Below, piece after piece: positions 19,635 through 28,827 of a stretch of DNA of 64,000 nucleotides. Within the stretch, counting starts at the first letter, position 1; each line of letters starts with the position of its first letter. The notes under the pieces were generated by a model. That model ran no database searches. It saw nothing but the letters and a program-made list of their open reading frames with translations, and was not told the origin of the DNA. This DNA is from an uncultured Bacillota bacterium (GTDB lineage: Bacteria > Sysuimicrobiota > Sysuimicrobiia > Sysuimicrobiales > Segetimicrobiaceae), in assembly GCA_963804645.1 (NCBI GenBank), contig CAWDRG010000017.1, positions 608,001-672,000 on the forward strand, in the 5' to 3' direction. A program made the translations under genes and the position numbers.

Positions 19635-20861
19635 ATGGGGCAAACGGCAGTTCAAAAGATCCTCTCCGCCCATGCCGGAGGCCGGCCACTCCGGCCCGGA
19701 GAGCTCGTGTGGGTGCAGGTCGACTGGGCATGCATCGACGACGTGCAGTGGCCCATTTTCAAACAGGCATTTGCCGACCTCGGGGGAACCATCAAATACC
19801 CGGATCGGGTGATTACCATCGCCGATCACTACCTGCCCCCATCCACCATTGATCAGGCGGAGACCGTCGCCGAACTGCGGGCCTTCACCCGTGCGCACGA
19901 TTTGGCGCACGGGTTCTTCGAGGAAGGGGTGAAGCATCAGGTGTTCGTTGAGGCCGGCCTCCTCAAGCCGGGTGATCTCCTTGTGGCCACCGATTCCCAC
20001 ACTCCGACCGCAGGGGCTGCCGGGACGATCGGCATCGCGATGGGACCGACGGAAGTGGCCGGAGCGTTTGCATTTGGTGACGTCTGGCTACGCGTGCCGC
20101 ACACGATCCGCGTGGTCTTGGACGGCACGCTGCCTCGGATGGTGTTTGCAAAAGACGTCGCGTTGTCCATCCTCGGCCGCGAAGGGACCCGTTTTGGAAA
20201 CTACCGGGTGCTCGAATTTTCCGGGTCTGCGCTGGACGGGATGAGCCTCTCGGACCGCATGACATTGTGCAACATGGGGACCGAGATGGGAGCGAAGGCA
20301 ACGATGGCGGCGCCCGAGGCGCATGAGTGTGCGCTGGTGGTGTCCGACCCTGACGCGGAGTTTGAGCGGGAGATTCACGTGGATGTGGCGACCTTGGAGC
20401 CACTCGTGGCGGCCCCGTCCAGTCCATCGAACGTGGATGCCGTCTCGGCGTTCCGCGACGTAAGAGTCGATCAGGCATTCATCGGGTCGTGCGCCAACGC
20501 GACCTACGATGACCTCGCCGTGGTCGCGCTGATCCTGCGCGGGCGGCGCGTGGCGTCCGGCGTCCAGCTAATCGTGACCCCCTCGTCGATCGGCGCGTAC
20601 CGGCGGGCGATGGCGGAGGGGATCGTCGATACGCTTCTCGACGCCAACGCGGTGGTGACGAACCCGGGCTGCGGCGCTTGCGCGGGGCTGCACAGCGGCG
20701 TCCTCGGACCAGGTCAGGTCCGCATCTCCTCGCAGAACCGGAACTTCGTTGGACGAAGCGGCCACCGCGACGCCCACATCTACCTGGCATCGCCGGCCGT
20801 CGTGGCGGCCTCGGCGATCACCGGGCACATCTCTGATCCACGCGAGGTAGCGATCCGTTGA
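19635..20861 (+). CDS. LeuC/HacA/DmdA-type aconitase-family large subunit
   Basis: ADH, DSHT, IGSCAN, PGCGAC, NRNF.GR, YLASP. Confidence 0.92.
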   Translation: MGQTAVQKILSAHAGGRPLRPGELVWVQVDWACIDDVQWPIFKQAFADLGGTIKYPDRVITIADHYLPPSTIDQAETVAELRAFTRAHDLAHGFFEEGVKHQVFVEAGLLKPGDLLVATDSHTPTAGAAGTIGIAMGPTEVAGAFAFGDVWLRVPHTIRVVLDGTLPRMVFAKDVALSILGREGTRFGNYRVLEFSGSALDGMSLSDRMTLCNMGTEMGAKATMAAPEAHECALVVSDPDAEFEREIHVDVATLEPLVAAPSSPSNVDAVSAFRDVRVDQAFIGSCANATYDDLAVVALILRGRRVASGVQLIVTPSSIGAYRRAMAEGIVDTLLDANAVVTNPGCGACAGLHSGVLGPGQVRISSQNRNFVGRSGHRDAHIYLASPAVVAASAITGHISDPREVAIR

Positions 20862-21378
20862 CCGCGGCGCGCACGGTGATTGAAGGCCGGTGTTGGATCT
20901 TCGGCGATGATGTCGATACGGACGCGATCATCTCGGCGCGGTACCTGGGACTGCGCGACGATGCCAAGATGGCCGAGCACGCGATGGAGTCACTGGACCC
21001 CACCTTCGGGGTGGCGTGCCGCCCCGGCGACATTGTGGTGGCGGGCGAGTCGTTCGGGGCGGGATCGTCCCGGGAAGCTGCGGCCCGCGTGTTTAAGCCC
21101 TTGGGGTCGGAGCGATCGTCGTGGCGTCCTATGCGCGGATCTTTTTTCGAAACGCGATCAACAACGGGCTGTACGCTGTCGAGGCGCCGGGTGTGCAGTC
21201 GATCGCTGAGGCCGGCCGGCCTCTCCAGATCGATCTCCACCAGGGGAGCGTCCGGAATCCGGAGACCAACGCGATTGTGCGGATCTCACCATGGTCGCCG
21301 ATGATTCTCGCCCTGGTCGAAGAGGGCGGCTTGGTCCCGTTTCTCAAGAGCGGCCGCCGCGACCGCGTGGTGGAATGA
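20858..21378 (+). pseudogene. LeuD/HacB-type small subunit, frameshifted near 21095-21105
   Basis: GDDVDTD..FGAGSSRE.A in one frame, ASYARIFFRNAINNGL..GGL in another; one base missing. Confidence 0.85.
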
Positions 21379-21420
21379 CCCCGCCAGCCCGAGCGAAGGC
21401 GTAGGAATGCGGTGGAAGGT

Positions 21421-21624
21421 ATGACCACCGGTTCCGTCCCGTGGCACCGACCCGGGCAATGGCGCGTCAACCCGATGTACTCGGACTCCGGGGCGCTCGC
21501 GGAGCGCGCAGGGATGCCGATCCGGGTGCACTTCATCGACAGTGGCTCTCGGAGATCTGCCTGTTCCTGTGGCAGGCGGCCGTCGCGGCGGCGTGCCGTG
21601 TCGCGGCACGTCGAGTCGATTTAA
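21421..21624 (+). pseudogene. Stub paralog of the N-terminus of the downstream DRE-TIM gene
   Basis: 24/34 aa identical (21439-21540 vs 21679-21780); own RBS. Confidence 0.75.
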
Positions 21625-21663
21625 GGCACACGCGTCCACCCCATCTTCGAGGAGGTCACGCTC

Positions 21664-22947
21664 ATGTCCAGTTCCACACCGTGGCACCGACCGGGCCAGT
21701 GGCTTGTCAATCCGGCGTACTGGGACGCCGAGGTGCTCGCCGAGCGGGCCGGTATGCCCACCGAGGTACGCATCATCGACTGCACGCTGACCGAAGGAGA
21801 CGACTGCGTTGGCCATCAGCTCAACTGGAATACGCGCCTGGAGTTGATGCGGCGGCTCGATGCTGTGGGGGTTGGGGAGATCACACTCCCCAGCCACGCG
21901 ATGAAGGAGGATGAGCGGGACCTCGCCCGCGCGTACCGCCGTCTCGGATGCAAGACGCCGCTCGCCGGGAAGGGCCCCTCGGTCCCGATCCCGCTGGCGG
22001 GTGATTGGCGCGGGCCGATCAACGAGCAGATCGACCTGGGCGTCGAGACAGTCTGTCCGCTGTACATCTGGTCCTACGACGACGTGGTGTCCGACTTCAC
22101 CGGCGCGCTCAGCAAGCAGGTGATCGTCGACAGCATCAGCGAGGCGACGGCCTACACGAAGTCGCAGGGCGTGCGGGTCGTCCCCTGGCTCGCCGACACG
22201 ATGAGAACCCGGGTGGACTCCATCGTCACGTTCGCGCGCGCGCTCGCCGGCGCCGGCGCCGATGGCGTCTACCTGGTGGACAGCCGCGGTAACAGCAATC
22301 CGCTGGCCTCCCGGTTGCAGGTGCGGCGCGTCAAAGCGGCGATCGGCATATGCGACGTGTACGTCCAGCACCACAACGATCTCGGGTGCGCGACCGCCAA
22401 CTCGCTGGCGGCCGTCGAGGGCGGCGCGACCTGGATCGACGCCACGGTGATCGGCATCGGCGACCGCGGTGGGACGTGCGCGATCGAAGAGATCGCGGCG
22501 GTGCTGGAGGTCTACGGCGTCCGGACCGGCATCAAGCTGGACGCCTTGTACGACCTGGCCAACTTCACGCGCGAGGCGTTCGGGGTCACGTTGGCCCCGT
22601 GGAAACCCCTGGTGGGCGAGAACTGGAATCGGGAGGAAGGCCTTGGGCACCTCAGCGGCGCGACCGTCTCGGAGGCCTCCATCGGCATCGCGCCAGAAGT
22701 GCTCGGACGACGGTTCGAGTCCGGTATCGGCGCGAAGATTCTGTTCGGGCGAGAACGCAGCAGTGCAACCACGAGCGAACCCCTATTCCTCAAGAAACTG
22801 ATCGCGGAGTGGGGCCTCACGATCGACGAGGGAGGATGGCAGACCATCCTCCGCCGGGCCAGAGCTGCGGTGGCAACATCGTACACCCGGCACTATCTGA
22901 CGATCGACGAGTTTCGCGGCATCTGCGAAAGCGTGGTGGACGCCTGA
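21664..22947 (+). CDS. Atypical isopropylmalate/homocitrate synthase-like DRE-TIM protein
   Basis: IIDCTLTEGD, YLVDS.G, HHNDLG.A.AN, GIGDRGG, PWKPLVGEN. Confidence 0.82.
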   Translation: MSSSTPWHRPGQWLVNPAYWDAEVLAERAGMPTEVRIIDCTLTEGDDCVGHQLNWNTRLELMRRLDAVGVGEITLPSHAMKEDERDLARAYRRLGCKTPLAGKGPSVPIPLAGDWRGPINEQIDLGVETVCPLYIWSYDDVVSDFTGALSKQVIVDSISEATAYTKSQGVRVVPWLADTMRTRVDSIVTFARALAGAGADGVYLVDSRGNSNPLASRLQVRRVKAAIGICDVYVQHHNDLGCATANSLAAVEGGATWIDATVIGIGDRGGTCAIEEIAAVLEVYGVRTGIKLDALYDLANFTREAFGVTLAPWKPLVGENWNREEGLGHLSGATVSEASIGIAPEVLGRRFESGIGAKILFGRERSSATTSEPLFLKKLIAEWGLTIDEGGWQTILRRARAAVATSYTRHYLTIDEFRGICESVVDA

Positions 22948-22997
22948 CCTTCCAACTCATACCGGGCGGAGGCGTCCTGTCGAACTACTACAAGGGG

Positions 22998-23038
22998 AGG
23001 TCGGAACTGTGGACCTTCGGGCCCAGCGGGGTGTGATT
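22998..23038 (+). repeat. Dispersed repeat copy 3
   Basis: aggtcggaactgtggaccttcgggcccagcggggtgtgatt; 19-nt core identical to copy 1. Confidence 0.8.
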
Positions 23039-23146
23039 GCAACGTATCCACAGCCGGCCCGCGAGCACGGCACGCCGGACCACAACGGTATCTCGTCTTG
23101 CCTAATCGATCCCATGCCGCGGCTTGACGGTCTGGCCGCAAGCTGG

Positions 23147-24469
23147 CTACGCTTGCATGGCAGCAACCAATTCCCGGATATCGGGCACCTCTTCGATATG
23201 ATCGACCAATTGCGCCAACGCGATGGCGGCTGAGCTCGTGAGAATGCCGTCCACCAAGCCAAAGTATTTGTGACGCAGTGCTTTTTCGCCAAGCGGATTA
23301 TTCGCACCGCCGCGAGCTGGGAGTGGGCCAACCTCGTGCCGCTTCCCGTCCCGGGTCACGACGGCCACACGAGCCAACGTCTCATCGGGAAATCGCGCAT
23401 CAAGATCGGGCGCGAGTGTGACCTGAATCCGCTGCGCCATCTCGAGGGACTGCGGATCGTTCCATCCACCATTGGTCACCTGTTCCCGGCCAAATGCCCC
23501 ATGCACGGCCGACGCGGCCACGCAGTACGGCAGACTGTACTCGGCCTCTTCCTGACTGCGAGGGATTCGTACCTGTCCGTCGAGCGCGGCGCCGAATGTC
23601 GCGATTTCAATCCGTGCAATCTCTTCCGGCTCGACACGTAGACGAGCGCGCAACGTGAGCGTGCCCTCTATCGCAGGCTGGAACCAACGGCAGCACGGGT
23701 AGGGCTTGAAGTACAGTTCCTTGATCTCGTATTCGTGTCCAAGCGTGTCGAGCGGGGCATTGTATCGTCCATCCGCAAATAACGCGGGAATGGCGGTGAA
23801 CCCGTGCTGGGCCAGGAGGACAGCCGACACCCCCACGAACGCACCCCAGGCGACTCCATCTTTCGTCATCGATGGGTGGGCGATTTCGCGAAGGGTAGGC
23901 ATCAATGGAGCGTGGCACTCGGCGGCACCGAGGGCGTGGCCGAGGCGTCCCGCGTCGAGACGGAGGAGTCGCCCACAGGCAGCCGCCACGCCCACGGCCC
24001 CCCAACTTCCGGAGCAGTGATAGACGTTCCCGTAGCTCGGCCGCATGATGAGACCCGCCCGAATCCCAACCTCGTACCCGACGATCAGCGCTTCGAGCAG
24101 ATCCGCACCACTCACACGTCGACTCTCTCCCAACGCCAGGACGGCGGGGAACACCACCGCGCCGGGATGCCCGACGATCTTCCGGTATCCATCATCGATA
24201 TCGAGAGCGTTCGCCATGAACCCGTTCACAAGAGCGGCGCCCGGTGCGGCGACGCGAAGACTCGAGCGAAGAATCGTCGCCTCCGGAGGCCCCGCGAGCG
24301 TCGTTCGAACAAAATCCGTGAGAATGACCGCGCCAGGGGCAGATGTGCCGCCCAAGGTCGCACCAATCAGGTCGAGGAGGCATGTTTTGGCCTGCGCAAC
24401 CACCTGCCCAGGTACTCGGGTCAGTGTCTCGTTCATGATGTAGTGGATCACGCGCGCATTCCCGTCCAT
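23147..24469 (-). CDS. MmgE/PrpD family protein
   Basis: LLDLIG, ALDIDD, GHPG, GYEVG, KPYPCC, YSLPY. Confidence 0.92.
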   Translation of the reverse strand: MDGNARVIHYIMNETLTRVPGQVVAQAKTCLLDLIGATLGGTSAPGAVILTDFVRTTLAGPPEATILRSSLRVAAPGAALVNGFMANALDIDDGYRKIVGHPGAVVFPAVLALGESRRVSGADLLEALIVGYEVGIRAGLIMRPSYGNVYHCSGSWGAVGVAAACGRLLRLDAGRLGHALGAAECHAPLMPTLREIAHPSMTKDGVAWGAFVGVSAVLLAQHGFTAIPALFADGRYNAPLDTLGHEYEIKELYFKPYPCCRWFQPAIEGTLTLRARLRVEPEEIARIEIATFGAALDGQVRIPRSQEEAEYSLPYCVAASAVHGAFGREQVTNGGWNDPQSLEMAQRIQVTLAPDLDARFPDETLARVAVVTRDGKRHEVGPLPARGGANNPLGEKALRHKYFGLVDGILTSSAAIALAQLVDHIEEVPDIRELVAAMQA

Positions 24470-24554
24470 GCATCCCCCCACCACGCCCGGGACGTCGATC
24501 AGGGTGACAGTACCATCGGGCGCAGGCAACACCAACTGGGGCCGTTCTTTGATG

Positions 24555-25493
24555 CTAGGCACCGCGCGCGTCGTGCTTGAAGGAGGCGGCGGTGGTTCGA
24601 ATGCCGTCAGCGTACGGGGTGCCCGCGAAACCGAACTCCCTGGCAAATTTGCTAGCACTGAAGAGGTACGGCGAGTCGAATTGATAGAGCATTTCATAAT
24701 TTTCGGCGACGAGCGGATTGAACCATCCGGCGAGTCGCATCATCAGCCGACTCAGCACGCGATATCTTGGAGCCACCCCAAATTCGTTCGCGGCGAGGGC
24801 GATAAACTGCCTGCCGGGAAGCGGATCTCGTGCGGTGGGGAGATGCCAGGTCTGATTCCAGGCGGATGCCGAATCGGCGAGCTGCACCAGGCCGCGCGCG
24901 GCATCCGGCGTGTAGGTGCACGAGTGCGGAACCGCATCGTTCACGAGCCATGAGGCGCTCCGGTGTCTCGAGAACGGCTCGAAGACAAGCACATTCGGCA
25001 CCCCGTTGAGTGTGTCGGGGCCGTAGAAATCGGCGGAACGCGCAATCATCCCGGTGAGCCCGCCGGCCTGCCACTCGTTGATGAGGGTGGTGGCGATCTT
25101 CGCCCGTACTTCGCCTTTCTTGCTGCAGGGGTTGAAGGGCGTGTCCTCGGTCATAGGACCGCTGACCTTGCCGTACAGGTACACGTTGTCAAAGAAGATG
25201 AGCTTCGTGCCGGCGCGCTTGCACGCTTCGATGGCGTTGTGCATGATACGCGGCCACTGCTCCTGCCAGACTTTGTGGTCGTACTTGAGGCCGGCGAGTA
25301 AAATCGCGATGCTGGCACCGGCGACGGCGCGGATCGTCTGGTCCCGATCCGTGAGATCGGCCGAGACCGCTTCCGCCGCGCCGGGAATCTCCCGCGGAGT
25401 GCGGCCGACGAGGCGGCACGGCTGCTTCCGCTCCACCAGGAGCTTGACCAGTTCGTTTCCAATCGCGCCGCCTGCACCGAGGATGGTGATCAT
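24555..25493 (-). CDS. NAD-dependent epimerase/dehydratase
   Basis: LGAGGAIG, DNVYLYG, KKG.VR, ARSADFYGP. Confidence 0.9.
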   Translation of the reverse strand: MITILGAGGAIGNELVKLLVERKQPCRLVGRTPREIPGAAEAVSADLTDRDQTIRAVAGASIAILLAGLKYDHKVWQEQWPRIMHNAIEACKRAGTKLIFFDNVYLYGKVSGPMTEDTPFNPCSKKGEVRAKIATTLINEWQAGGLTGMIARSADFYGPDTLNGVPNVLVFEPFSRHRSASWLVNDAVPHSCTYTPDAARGLVQLADSASAWNQTWHLPTARDPLPGRQFIALAANEFGVAPRYRVLSRLMMRLAGWFNPLVAENYEMLYQFDSPYLFSASKFAREFGFAGTPYADGIRTTAASFKHDARGA

Positions 25494-25744
25494 CGCGACC
25501 ATGCCTTTCGCGCGTCCTGCGATCGTGTCCTGTAGGGTCTGGAACGGACCGGCGTGGAGCGCCGCCTTTGGGCCTCGGCGGCGCGGCATCTCGGGCCAGT
25601 CATTCAGGGATCGCGCCGTCGTGCGCCACGGCACACCGGCAGTGCGGTCGCGGCACCCGCACGGGTCGCGGGCTCGCCGCGCGGCTCAGTCATCGGCCGG
25701 TGCGGCGAGCCGAAGCGCACCGGCCGGCCCCGCATCCTCTCGCG

Positions 25745-26677
25745 TTACCCCCGAAGGAGATTCCTCACGAAAAAGAGCACGTTCGCCGGACGCTCGGCGA
25801 GACGCCGCATGAAATAAGGGTACCAATCCGCCCCGAATGGGGTCGCGATCATGACGCGGCGACCCTCCGCCAGCAAGCGGCGCTGCAGCTGCGGGCGGAC
25901 GCCGTACAGCATCTGGAACTCGTAGGTCCCCGCGGGCACGCCGTGCGTCTGAATGAACCCAATGGCCTCGGTGATCACGCGGTCGTCGTGCGTGGCGATC
26001 GCCGTGTACCCTCCGTGCTCGAGCGAGCGGGTGATCAACCGGACGAGGTTCGCATCGACGTCGGCCTTGTTCGGAAACGCGACGTCCGGGGGTTCGAGGT
26101 ACGCGCCCTTCACCAGCCGGAGGTTCGGGCGCAGCGGCAGCAGCGCGTCAAGATCCTGCGCGGTGCGGTACAGGTAGGCCTGCAGCACCGTGCCCACGTT
26201 CTCGTGCCCGGCGGCGCGGAGCCGCTGGTAGATCCGCAGCGTCGGGTCGACCCGCGCCGACTCTTCCATGTCGATCCGCACGAACTGTCCGTGGCCGGCC
26301 GCGTGGGCGACGAGGCGCGCGACGTTGCCGAACGCGGTATCCTCGCCGACGTTCAATCCCAAATGGGTCAGCTTCACGGCGAGCCGCGTCGGCAGCCGCT
26401 CGCTCGCGAGGCGGTCCAGCACGGCGACGTATTCGTCCGCGATCGCCGACGCGGCCGGGACGTCGTCCACGCCTTCTCCGAGCAGGGTGGTGTTGGTGTC
26501 GAACCCCGCCGCGGTCAACCGCTTCAGCACCGCCACGCACTCGTCCAAGGTCTCGCCGGCGATGAACCGCCCCGCCCCGAGGCGCATCCCGTACCGCCGC
26601 ATCCACCGGATGATCGCGGCGTGCGTCGAGAGTTTCAGGATCCCGCGCCGCATCACGGCGTTTACCGACAGGTCCAC
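25745..26677 (-). CDS. putB: Monofunctional proline dehydrogenase
   Basis: RFIAGE, KLTHLG, IDMEE, QAYLYR, LVKGAY, EFQMLYG, YFMRRLAERP. Confidence 0.94.
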   Translation of the reverse strand: MDLSVNAVMRRGILKLSTHAAIIRWMRRYGMRLGAGRFIAGETLDECVAVLKRLTAAGFDTNTTLLGEGVDDVPAASAIADEYVAVLDRLASERLPTRLAVKLTHLGLNVGEDTAFGNVARLVAHAAGHGQFVRIDMEESARVDPTLRIYQRLRAAGHENVGTVLQAYLYRTAQDLDALLPLRPNLRLVKGAYLEPPDVAFPNKADVDANLVRLITRSLEHGGYTAIATHDDRVITEAIGFIQTHGVPAGTYEFQMLYGVRPQLQRRLLAEGRRVMIATPFGADWYPYFMRRLAERPANVLFFVRNLLRG

Positions 26678-26945
26678 GCTGCCTCCCGCGAGGTGCCGCC
26701 CGCACCGGCCGCCCGATGGCGGTCGCCGCCCGGGTGCCCCCACGCCCCCCGAAGAGTGTTGGCGGAAGTCCGCCGCAATCCTCCGGCGCGGCGGACCAGG
26801 AGAGGCCGACCGGTATCCCGTAGTCCCAGAGTGATGAGGGCAGGACACCGTTGCCTCGCTCCCCGAGTCCGCGCAGGACGCGCGCGCCCGACGATCGACG
26901 CGAGGCGGCCCGCGCCGTGATGCCCGCCGTGGGGCGGCCTCACCG

Positions 26946-27896
26946 GTGAAGACATACCTGCCCCGTCGGCTCCTTGCCGCCCTGCTCGCCGCGGTCGCCG
27001 TCTCGGCGCTCATCTTTGTGCTCGTCCGACTGGCGCCGGGCGATGCCGTAACGATGTGGGTCGGACAGGAAGGCACCATGACCCCCGAAGTCCGGGACAC
27101 GCTGCGCACGATGTTCGGCCTGTCGGAACCGATCCCGGCGCAGTACGCGCGGTGGCTCGGGAACGCGGTGCGCGGCAACCTGGGCTACTCGTTCCGGTCC
27201 CGGCTGCCGGTCGCCTCGCTGCTGGGGAGCGCCCTGCCGATCACCGTGGAACTCACCGCGCTCGCGATGCTCCTCGCGGTCGCCATCGCGCTGCCGCTCG
27301 GCATCATCTCGGCGGTCAAGCGCGACACCCCCGCCGACGTGCTCGCGCGCCTGCTGGGCCTCGTCGGCTTTTCGATGCCGAGCTTCTGGCTCGCGGTCCT
27401 GCTGGTGCTCGGCAGCGCGACCTATTTCAAGTGGCTGCCCGCGCTGCTGTACGTGAGCCTCGCGAAAAGCCCGGTCGAAAATCTCAAGCAGATGCTCATG
27501 CCCGCGGTCTCGCTGGGGCTGCCGCTGATGGCGGTGCTGATGCGGATGACCCGTTCCACGATGTTGGACGTGCTCGGTCAGGACTACGTCCGGACGGCGC
27601 GGGCGAAGGGGGTCTCGGTGCGGGCGACGCTGTGGCGCCACGCGCTCCGGAACGCGCTGATCCCGATCGTCACCGTGCTCGGCATCCAGCTCGGACGCCT
27701 GCTCGGGGGCGCGGTCATCGTGGAGCAGATCTTCGGCGTCCCCGGCGTGGGGACGGCGCTCGTCGCCGCGATCTTCCAGCGCGACTACCCAATGGTCCAG
27801 GGGACCGTGCTGGTGATGGGCCTCCTGTTCATCGCGGTGCAGTGCCTGGTCGACCTGAGCTACGCCTACATCGATCCCCGCGTGCGGTACGGATGA
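26946..27896 (+). CDS. Peptide/nickel ABC permease (DppB-like)
   Basis: LAPGD, GNLGYS, DYVRTARAKG, HALRNA, RDYP, DPR. Confidence 0.94.
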   Translation: MKTYLPRRLLAALLAAVAVSALIFVLVRLAPGDAVTMWVGQEGTMTPEVRDTLRTMFGLSEPIPAQYARWLGNAVRGNLGYSFRSRLPVASLLGSALPITVELTALAMLLAVAIALPLGIISAVKRDTPADVLARLLGLVGFSMPSFWLAVLLVLGSATYFKWLPALLYVSLAKSPVENLKQMLMPAVSLGLPLMAVLMRMTRSTMLDVLGQDYVRTARAKGVSVRATLWRHALRNALIPIVTVLGIQLGRLLGGAVIVEQIFGVPGVGTALVAAIFQRDYPMVQGTVLVMGLLFIAVQCLVDLSYAYIDPRVRYG

Positions 27897-28759
27897 GCGC
27901 CGTCGGGATCGTCGGGCGCCGGGGCGCGCGGCGCGGCCGGTCGCGGCTGTTGCGCCGGCACTTGATCGGCGCGCTCGGCGCGGCCGTCGTCCTGGTGATG
28001 GTGCTGGTCGCCGTCTTCGCGGGGTGGCTCAGCCCGTACAATCCGAACGCGCTGTTCGATCCACGGCTGAGCCCGCCGAGCGCGCAGCACGTGCTCGGGC
28101 TGGACCAACTGGGCCGGGACGTGCTCAGCCGCCTGATCTTCGGGGCCCGCGTGTCGCTCCTCGTCAGTCTAACCTCGATCGGCCTCTCGCTCGTCGTGGG
28201 CGGCGGCCTGGGACTCGTGGCCGGATACTACGGTGGCGTCGTGGACAACGTCATCATGCGCGTCATGGACGTTATGTTCACGGTGCCGTCGTTCGTGCTG
28301 GCGATCGCGCTGGCCGGGATCATCGGCCCGAGCCTCACCACCGTGATTCTCGCGATCGCGATCGTGACTGTCCCGACCATCGCGCGGGTGACGCGGGCGC
28401 CCGCGCTGACGGTCCGCGAGACCGAGTTCGTGTCGAGCGCCCGCGCCGCCGGGGCCGCGGACCTCCGGATCGTGGTCCGGCACGTGCTCCCCAATGTCAC
28501 CGGCCCCCTGATCGTCCAGGCCACGGTCGCCATTGCCGACGCGATCCTGATCGAGGCGGGGTTGAGCTTCCTGGGCCTCGGCGTCCAGCCGCCGTACGCG
28601 TCGTGGGGCAACATGCTGGGGACCGGGCGCAGCTACATCGGGCTGGCGAACGGCCTGTCGGTCTTTCCCGGCGCCGCGCTGATGCTCGCGGTCCTCGGCT
28701 TCAACTTTGCGGGAGACGGGTTCCGGGACGTGCTCGACCCGCAGCTGCGCGGACCGTAG
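27893..28759 (+). CDS. Peptide/nickel ABC permease (DppC-like)
   Basis: LGRDVLSR, GAR.SL, RHVLPN, LSFLGLG, SWG.M, GD..RD.LDP; ATGA overlap. Confidence 0.94.
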   Translation: MSAVGIVGRRGARRGRSRLLRRHLIGALGAAVVLVMVLVAVFAGWLSPYNPNALFDPRLSPPSAQHVLGLDQLGRDVLSRLIFGARVSLLVSLTSIGLSLVVGGGLGLVAGYYGGVVDNVIMRVMDVMFTVPSFVLAIALAGIIGPSLTTVILAIAIVTVPTIARVTRAPALTVRETEFVSSARAAGAADLRIVVRHVLPNVTGPLIVQATVAIADAILIEAGLSFLGLGVQPPYASWGNMLGTGRSYIGLANGLSVFPGAALMLAVLGFNFAGDGFRDVLDPQLRGP

Positions 28760-28827
28760 CAGGGCGCCGCGCGCCGGGCGAGAAGTGAATCGAACGTGGG
28801 TCGCACCCCGATCGGGGAGGGGACGAG

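Noticed and set aside
22938..22977. ggacgcct/aggcgtcc stem as a terminator
   Set aside because: 24-nt loop and no U-tract.
15345..23038. Repeat trio as a CRISPR array or tRNA-derived att sites
   Set aside because: Spacing is ~1 kb and ~6.6 kb with no cas genes; the CCGACC end recalls tRNA-Pro but there is no T-loop or cloverleaf.
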